From NCBI RefSeq assembly GCF_003945235.1, contig NZ_RSDW01000001.1:3000001-3032000 (forward strand): a stretch of DNA of 32,000 bases, read 5' to 3'. Position 1 is the first letter of the stretch. Each line of letters opens with the position of its first letter. The translations under genes and the position numbers were made by a program. Source of the stretch: Edaphobacter aggregans (GTDB lineage: Bacteria > Acidobacteriota > Terriglobia > Terriglobales > Acidobacteriaceae). The notes under the pieces are model-generated. The model was not told the DNA's origin and made no database searches. It saw only the letters and a list, made by a program, of their open reading frames with translations. Shown here piece by piece: positions 26,568 through 32,000 of this stretch.

Positions 26568-27277
26568 ACCTGACGCGCCGTCTCTTCGCCGAATGGCTTG
26601 GCACCGCGTTTCTGCTGGCGACCGTAGTGGGCTCTGGCATCATGGCCGAACGTCTCTCCGGCGGAAACGTCGCGATTGCCTTGTTGGCGAACGCCATTGC
26701 CACCGGCGCTGTCCTGTGTGCCTTGATCATGACGTTTGCCGAGATATCCGGCGCACATTTCAATCCCGCGGTCACGTTCGCTGCAGCCCTGCAACGCCAA
26801 TTGCCCAGTAAGGAAGCGCTCCTTTACGTTCTGGTTCAAATCATCGGCGCGTTCTGTGGCGTAGCTGCCGCACATGGTATGTTCGGCCAGCAGGTGTTCT
26901 TTGCCTCACAACACATGCGTACCGGACCGGCCCAGTGGTGGAGCGAATTCATCGCTACTTTTGGCCTATTAGCAGTGATCTTCGGCTGTTCCCGGAGCCG
27001 CCCGAATGCAGTCCCATTCGCCGTAGCGTCCTACATCGTCGGCGCGTACTGGTTCACCTCATCCACCTCGTTCGCCAACCCTGCGGTCACGCTCGCGCGA
27101 GCTGCCACGAATACCTTTGCCGGAATACGACCGATGGACGCGCCGGGGTTCATCGCAGCCCAGCTCGTCGGCGCGGCCGCAGCAACGTTCGTCTTCACAT
27201 GGCTGTTGAAGGAGTCGCCGACTCAAGGCCACCCCGAATGCTCCCAGACTGCACCTGTTCACAAGCCTGCCGATTGA
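26564..27277 (+). CDS. aqpS: MIP-family aquaglyceroporin, AqpS-like arsenite channel
   Basis: ATGA overlap with arsC. Two NPA boxes (HFNPAVTF, FANPAVTL) and six hydrophobic segments. Confidence 0.85.
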   Translation: MNLTRRLFAEWLGTAFLLATVVGSGIMAERLSGGNVAIALLANAIATGAVLCALIMTFAEISGAHFNPAVTFAAALQRQLPSKEALLYVLVQIIGAFCGVAAAHGMFGQQVFFASQHMRTGPAQWWSEFIATFGLLAVIFGCSRSRPNAVPFAVASYIVGAYWFTSSTSFANPAVTLARAATNTFAGIRPMDAPGFIAAQLVGAAAATFVFTWLLKESPTQGHPECSQTAPVHKPAD

Positions 27278-27511
27278 AGCGCTGGATCAGTCCAGAACCC
27301 CTCTTGCCGTGGGCACCTTCCAGAAGAATGATTTGATCGGGAGGAGCAGAGCTACCAGCATCACTAGAAAGTTAAGAACTCCCAACGGCGATTTGGCACT
27401 AATCAACGTCCAACTCGCAGCGATACATGATCGCGAAACACCGGGGATGGGCTATGCATAGAGATCGATGCCGGCGAAATATTTGCACGCGGCGATGGAG
27501 GCACAACCGGG

Positions 27512-29119
27512 GTGACGACTGAGACGAGAATTGCTGAGCCGCAGGAATTTGCCGCGGTATCAATGAAGGACGCAGTGTGGCTGGCGGCAGGGTTTGGCCT
27601 GCTGAAGTATGTTCTGTCAACGCTGTGCCAGATAACGTTCCAACATGCGGGGTACGGCATTTTTCGTGACGAGCTGTATTTCATCGTGTGCGGCCGGCAT
27701 CTGGCCTGGGGGTATGTGGATCAGCCGCCCATCATTCCCTTGGTGGCACGCATTTCGGAGTTGCTGTTCGGCTTGCATTCGCTGGCCCTGTTCCGGACCT
27801 TTGCCTCGCTGGCGAGTGCCGCGGAAGTCGCGATGACGGGGCTGCTGGCATGGCGAATGGGCGCTTCGCTCTGGGCGCAGGCGCTGGCAATGACGGGGAT
27901 TCTGCTGGCGCCCATGGCCATGGCCACCGCTTCGAACTTTTCGACGAGCACTTTTGAGCCGGTCTTCTGGATGACGGTGGCGCTGGCGACGATGGAGCTG
28001 GCGCGGCTGGCCGATCGCGGCATTCGCAGTGGCCGTACAGTGGCGTTGTGGTGGGTCCTGCTCGGCGTGGCATCGGGCCTGGCCCTCGAAAACAAGTGGA
28101 ACGGGGTTTTCTTCCTCACCTGTCTGCTGGCGGCGCTGCTGATGACCAGCCAGAGAAAGTTACTGGCTTCGAAATGGTTCCCAATCGGCTTTGCGCTAAT
28201 TGTCGTGCTGATTCTGCCCAATTTGCTGTGGGAGATGCACCATCACTGGGCAACGCTCGAGCTGCTGCACAACGATCAGATTAACGGCAAGAACGTTCGT
28301 CTGGGCCCCATTGCATTTGCGCTGAACCAGATGGTCGTCTTCGGTCCTCTGATGGCGCCGTTGTGGGCGGGAGGCTTTCTGTGGCTGCTCTTCAGCCGGG
28401 CGGCGCAGGCATTCCGCTTTCTGGGCGTGACGTATCTGCTGTATCTGCCCCTGATGATGATTCTGCACGCCAAGGACTATTACCTTGCGGCCATTTATCC
28501 GATCTATTTTGCCGCGGGGGCGGCGGCCTGGGATCTTCTCTTCCGCAAGGCCTGGTTGCGGCGCGGGCTCACGCCCGTTTACGTGGCGATGAACGTGCTT
28601 CTCATCGCGATTCTGTTGCCAGCCATTCTCCCGGTACTGCCCCCGGCAAAAATTCTTGCCTATCAGCAGCGGCACCATCTGCAACCCCAGAAAAGGGAAA
28701 ATGCTACCACCTCGCCGCTGCCGCAGCTCTACGCCGACATGCTGGATTGGCGGCAGAAGGCGGACCTGCTGGCCGCTGCCTGGTACTCGCTGCCGCAGGC
28801 GGAGCGCGCACAGGCCGTGATCTACACGGAGAACTATGGCGCCGCGAGCGCGGTGAACGTGTACCGGCCGGATGTGCCGGAGGCCATCAGCGGTCACCAG
28901 AACTACTTCTTGTGGGGACCACGCACGTATACAGGTAGCGTGATGATCGTGTTTGGCGAAAGCCGCAGGACGCTCGAAACCAACTTCGACTCAGTAGTGG
29001 AATTTACGCAGGATGCAAATCCGTATTTGGAGCCGTATGAGCGTGGGCCGGTTTTCATCTGCAGAGGCCTCCATGAAAATCTCCAGGCGGTGTGGCCAAA
29101 GATGAAGAACTGGGCGTGA
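27512..29119 (+). CDS. Family 39/83 (ArnT/PMT-like) membrane glycosyltransferase
   Basis: DELYFIVCGRHLAWGYVDQPP motif, about 11 TM segments, then a soluble C-terminal domain. Start is GTG 27512, or ATG 27563 as an alternative. Confidence 0.75.
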   Translation: MTTETRIAEPQEFAAVSMKDAVWLAAGFGLLKYVLSTLCQITFQHAGYGIFRDELYFIVCGRHLAWGYVDQPPIIPLVARISELLFGLHSLALFRTFASLASAAEVAMTGLLAWRMGASLWAQALAMTGILLAPMAMATASNFSTSTFEPVFWMTVALATMELARLADRGIRSGRTVALWWVLLGVASGLALENKWNGVFFLTCLLAALLMTSQRKLLASKWFPIGFALIVVLILPNLLWEMHHHWATLELLHNDQINGKNVRLGPIAFALNQMVVFGPLMAPLWAGGFLWLLFSRAAQAFRFLGVTYLLYLPLMMILHAKDYYLAAIYPIYFAAGAAAWDLLFRKAWLRRGLTPVYVAMNVLLIAILLPAILPVLPPAKILAYQQRHHLQPQKRENATTSPLPQLYADMLDWRQKADLLAAAWYSLPQAERAQAVIYTENYGAASAVNVYRPDVPEAISGHQNYFLWGPRTYTGSVMIVFGESRRTLETNFDSVVEFTQDANPYLEPYERGPVFICRGLHENLQAVWPKMKNWA

Positions 29120-29198
29120 GGCCACGGCGAAAGGGTCCGGCCCGTCTCAACTCACGATTTCAGGCCTTAGCACTCATTGAGTTCGACACGGATGTGTC

Positions 29199-29221
29199 GT
29201 CGGCAATACTGACATTTCGAC
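29199..29221. repeat. 23-bp motif GTCGGCAATACTGACATTTCGAC, copy 1
   Basis: Identical to 29988-30010 in the same orientation. Confidence 0.85.
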
Positions 29222-29294
29222 ATAACAGCTTTTTCCAGAACATGTTGACAACGTAAGGGCGTCTATTCGAGCAGTCAACTTCTATTTCCGGGTT

Positions 29295-29316
29295 GCCGGC
29301 AATCGGACATTTCGAC
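29295..29316. repeat. Degenerate copy of the motif (GCCGGCAATCGGACATTTCGAC)
   Basis: Shares GGCAAT and GACATTTCGAC with copies 1 and 3; it is one nt shorter. Confidence 0.6.
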
Positions 29317-29405
29317 CCGATTCCACGAAACTTCCGGATAGCCGGTAATACGTCCGTGATGATCGGGCGCTCACCTTGTGGAGTCACTCCGCATGCACGC
29401 AGTCC

Positions 29406-29975
29406 TCACGACTCCACCAATTGCGGCACGTCCGGGTTCCAGCGCCGCAGCACTGTCTTCCCGAAATACGCACAACCGAATGCCGTTGCCGCACCGCCGA
29501 GTTGGATCACATTGTTCTGCCCTACAATGAGGCCGTTTCCCAACGCTGCGAATAATAAGGTGGAATGCGCCACGTAGAGCAGCGCGGTAGCGGACGGGTA
29601 CACCCACCTGCTCCGTTCCCGCAAGGTGACGCTCGCAATCGCCGTCGTGATGAGGTAACCCGTCAATCCGAAGTAGAGCAGTACTAGAAGCGAGAGCACC
29701 GGGATAGACTTGGGTGCGCCACCCACATCACCTGGCAGGAGAAGATGCTCTCGATATTCCGAAAAGAGCACCGTCGCTACCATCACAACGCTGGTGCTGA
29801 CAGCCTGAACGACGATCTCGACGAGCCATATTGCCAGCCAGTGGACCGCTGTCACGTAATCCAGCCTGCGAATCGATCCCATCAATCCTCTCCGCTTATT
29901 GCGAACCCATTCTCCCACAGACGAGAGCGGGCGGGTGGCCCACTTATCTCCTTGCGTTTTACAGTCTTCTGCCAT
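29406..29975 (-). CDS. Hypothetical integral membrane protein (189 aa, about 4 TM)
   Basis: ATG start, four hydrophobic segments, no family recognised. Motif copy 3 lies 13-35 nt upstream of its start codon. Confidence 0.5.
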   Translation of the reverse strand: MAEDCKTQGDKWATRPLSSVGEWVRNKRRGLMGSIRRLDYVTAVHWLAIWLVEIVVQAVSTSVVMVATVLFSEYREHLLLPGDVGGAPKSIPVLSLLVLLYFGLTGYLITTAIASVTLRERSRWVYPSATALLYVAHSTLLFAALGNGLIVGQNNVIQLGGAATAFGCAYFGKTVLRRWNPDVPQLVES

Positions 29976-29987
29976 CCTGACCGTATT

Positions 29988-30010
29988 GTCGGCAATACTG
30001 ACATTTCGAC
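29988..30010. repeat. 23-bp motif GTCGGCAATACTGACATTTCGAC, copy 3
   Basis: Identical to 29199-29221. It overlaps the palindrome GTATTG-TCGG-CAATAC (29983-29998). Confidence 0.85.
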
Positions 30011-30146
30011 CATCGTGATGGAGCGAGACGGCACAGCGGTACCTCTCTTTCAGACTTCCGTAGCAAACCGGAAGAACGAAAAATGTGGCAACCGTTTACC
30101 ACGATTGCCACACGTTTAACCACAACCTAACCGCAAATTACCACCA

Positions 30147-31172
30147 CTAAACCACAACACGCGAAGTCGCCCGAAGCCCAACCCACGTGTCCCGCACAAA
30201 CACCACCACATCCCAAATAAGCTTCAGCGTCGCAATCAAAAGAGCAACCCGGAAACCCAGGTAGATCGCCTGGTTAAGCGCAGCCAGAGTCTCATGCGGC
30301 AGCGACTTAAACCCTTGCGCAGGAACAAAATAGATCTGCGCTCGCACCATCACCGCAAGAATCCCCAACCCCAGCGCATGAACCACCAGGTCGAGAACCT
30401 TCCGCCACGTACCGAACCGCCGGATCCCAATCATTATGGCCTTGAGCACCAGCTGCGCGACCAGCAACCCGATAATCTGCCAGTAAAACGTATGCCACTG
30501 CGGCGTAAACCCTATCTGCTGGTTCTTCAGGTAATCGACGCCCGGTCCTAGAATCAGGAACGGCCGCGTAGGAATCGCCAGCAACCAAAGCAACATAACT
30601 GCGCTGACGATCAGATCCGCAATGCCACTCGCCAATGAGGGCACCTTGCCACGACTCTTCTCCACACGAGGAAGATCACGCGGATTCCACGGCTGCGCGA
30701 TGCTCGTACCATTGTGTCTGCAGGCCCACTCGATGCCGACAAAGACCGCTGTCATCACTCCCCAGAACGCGAACAGCGTGCCCGGAAGATGTCCAATGGC
30801 CGCGCCAATTACCGCGCCAATATTGACTCTTCCATGGGTCTGAAACACGAGATTCACCACCTGCGCAAAGACGGAGAACAGAATCACCCAAGGTAGGCTC
30901 CTGCGCAGCGCAAGCAGGTAGAAGGGGAACACCTCCGGGCCAATCAGCGACTGCTGCGGACGATACCGCGAAGCAACAACGATCGGGCGCCCGTGGTTGC
31001 GAATGATCTCGACCAGTTCATCCTCTGTGAGCCGCCGGCCCAGCTGCTCTTCACGGTCTTCAATCATCGCAAGAAGGTTAACCCGAAGCTCGGCCAGTGT
31101 GTCGTCTTTGCTGGCGGCAGGAAGGTATTCGCCAATAGCCTGGAGATAGCGGTCAAGGATATCCATAGTCAT
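30147..31172 (-). CDS. PadR-coupled membrane protein (DUF1700/HAAS-like or permease-prefix-like N-terminal helix bundle plus multi-TM region)
   Basis: Likely start is MTMDILDRYLQAIGEYLP at 31172, sharing one nt with the padR stop (TAATG). The track start at 31352 would overlap padR. About 6-8 hydrophobic segments. Confidence 0.65.
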   Translation of the reverse strand: MTMDILDRYLQAIGEYLPAASKDDTLAELRVNLLAMIEDREEQLGRRLTEDELVEIIRNHGRPIVVASRYRPQQSLIGPEVFPFYLLALRRSLPWVILFSVFAQVVNLVFQTHGRVNIGAVIGAAIGHLPGTLFAFWGVMTAVFVGIEWACRHNGTSIAQPWNPRDLPRVEKSRGKVPSLASGIADLIVSAVMLLWLLAIPTRPFLILGPGVDYLKNQQIGFTPQWHTFYWQIIGLLVAQLVLKAIMIGIRRFGTWRKVLDLVVHALGLGILAVMVRAQIYFVPAQGFKSLPHETLAALNQAIYLGFRVALLIATLKLIWDVVVFVRDTWVGLRATSRVVV

Positions 31173-31579
31173 TACTCCTGATGGCCCGTAAGTTCGGGCT
31201 GAGATTCGACGGCGGATGCAGCTTGGGACCCGAGAATGCGGTGCAGCGAGTCGTTGATACCGTTCCATTCCGCCAAGAGTTGATCGAGTATCCGGCGGCC
31301 CAGGGGAGAGAGTCGGTAAAAGCGCTTGTTTCGCTTCTCCTCCTCGCGCCATTCACTGGTCAGCAGGCCCTGCGTCTCCAGCCGGCGAAGCAGCGGGTAG
31401 AGCGTGCTCTCCTCAATGGCCAGCCCATGGTCAGCCAGAGCCTTGCGCAACGTGTAGCCGTAGTGCTCCTCGCGAAGCTGCGCCAGAACCGCAAGAATGA
31501 GGCACCCGCGGCGAAGTTCGAGTCGAAGCGAATCGAACAGTTCGCTCTGAAGAGGATCGGTTTGGAAGACGGTATCCAT
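31172..31579 (-). CDS. padR: PadR family transcriptional regulator
   Basis: LAVLAQLREEHYGYTLRKAL...EESTLYPLLRRLETQGLLTSEWREEEKRNKRFYRLSPLG. Start is ATG 31579, or GTG 31591 as an alternative. Confidence 0.85.
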   Translation of the reverse strand: MDTVFQTDPLQSELFDSLRLELRRGCLILAVLAQLREEHYGYTLRKALADHGLAIEESTLYPLLRRLETQGLLTSEWREEEKRNKRFYRLSPLGRRILDQLLAEWNGINDSLHRILGSQAASAVESQPELTGHQE

Positions 31580-31589
31580 ACTGTGCTTC

Positions 31590-31616
31590 ACATACTGTAT
31601 GACGCATAGTGTATGT
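31590..31616. promoter_or_regulatory. Putative PadR autoregulatory operator (ACATAC-N15-GTATGT with inner CATAC-T-GTATG palindrome)
   Basis: ACATACTGTATGACGCATAGTGTATGT lies immediately upstream of padR. The outer hexamers are exact reverse complements and contain ATGT/ACAT half-sites like those of known PadR operators. Confidence 0.5.
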
Positions 31617-31800
31617 TGTCAAGTATCTATTTGAGATTTATTTTCCTCTGCGCCCAAGCAAAAAAATCCTGATGCGATACCGAGGTTTTTACCTTTATTT
31701 TGTTGTTGTTAGACCTAAATTTTTAGTGACACCTCTACAAAAACTGTGCTTCTGTCTTCAGGAAACCGCTCGGTTTTGTATTCTGCGATCTGAAAACAAA

Positions 31801-32000
31801 ATGACCCACGCTAAACTCCTGCGCCCCTTCTTTGCCTTACTGTTCGCGCTGATTCGCATATCTGTCCTCGCGCAGGCGACCCCGCCATCGCTCCCCGACC
31901 TCCAATCCGCCGACACTTTCGGAGCGGATCTCTTTCTTCAGTCCGGCACAACCGGTATGGTTCTCGTGGTCGTTCGCGACAACCAGGTCTTTTTCCGGGG
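31801..32000 (+). CDS. Serine hydrolase / beta-lactamase-family (AmpH/class C-like) protein, N-terminal fragment; continues past the window
   Basis: ATG 31801 opens MTHAKLLRPFFALLFALIRISVLAQA (signal peptide), then GTTGMVLVVVRDNQVFFRG, which is typical of the strand preceding the SxxK motif. Open to the window end. Confidence 0.55.
   Translation, partial: MTHAKLLRPFFALLFALIRISVLAQATPPSLPDLQSADTFGADLFLQSGTTGMVLVVVRDNQVFFR

Noticed and set aside
29160-29387. 75-aa minus-strand ORF downstream of the 189-aa membrane-protein gene
   Set aside because: It has no recognisable domain or SD sequence. It contains two copies of the 22-23 bp DNA motif in different reading frames, so the region looks non-coding or repeat-derived. 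It is left unannotated rather than called a CDS.
29199-30010. The 23-bp repeats as a CRISPR array or a sigma-54 promoter
   Set aside because: There are only three copies with irregular spacing (about 75 bp and about 670 bp), one of them degenerate, and no cas genes, so this is not a CRISPR. The motif lacks the GG-N10-GC (TGGCAC-N5-TTGC) arrangement in either orientation.

Overview
This is a high-GC bacterial chromosomal window with no rRNA, tRNA or CRISPR array that I could see. The gene content and a family of dispersed hairpin repeats (cores CGCTCAGAATGAC / GTCATTCTGAGCG and GTCATTTCGACC) resemble what I remember from Acidobacteriota (Terriglobia). That taxon call is inference from memory, not a search result.

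The window divides into three parts.

(1) 1-7104: a plus-strand, prophage-like morphogenesis block.
- It contains the 3' part of a terminase large subunit, a portal, one 771-aa tail/host-recognition-like protein and two small proteins.
- A self-contained two-gene cassette sits between terminase and portal: a HipA-like Ser/Thr kinase plus a DUF3037 protein. It is bracketed by host dispersed repeats and closed by its own strong intrinsic terminator.
- This cassette is my best candidate for an uncharacterised toxin-antitoxin, abortive-infection or exclusion system.

(2) 7154-22007: core housekeeping genes.
- These are purE-purK, ruvX, a secreted VOC protein, an lpdA-lipB-E2 cluster with a duplicated lipoyl domain and no E1, an S41 peptidase, hemB-panE, a zinc-ribbon membrane protein, mutS2, a cupin and sseA.
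- mutS2 carries an in-frame insertion of about 250 bp made of the same dispersed repeats.

(3) 22008-32000: more accessory-looking content.
- It starts with a C-depleted GT-rich spacer, followed by a membrane-anchored pentapeptide-repeat protein whose 3' half is about 43% G+C, and a DHA2 MFS exporter.
- An arsR-arsI-arsC-aqpS arsenic operon has a palindromic operator and a relic ArsC tail overlapping the aqpS 3' end.
- The rest is a GT39/ArnT-like glycosyltransferase, a small membrane-protein locus carrying three copies of a 22-23 bp motif, a PadR regulator with a coupled membrane protein, and the 5' end of a serine hydrolase.

All functional calls rest on motif recognition in the supplied translations. 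No database search was possible.
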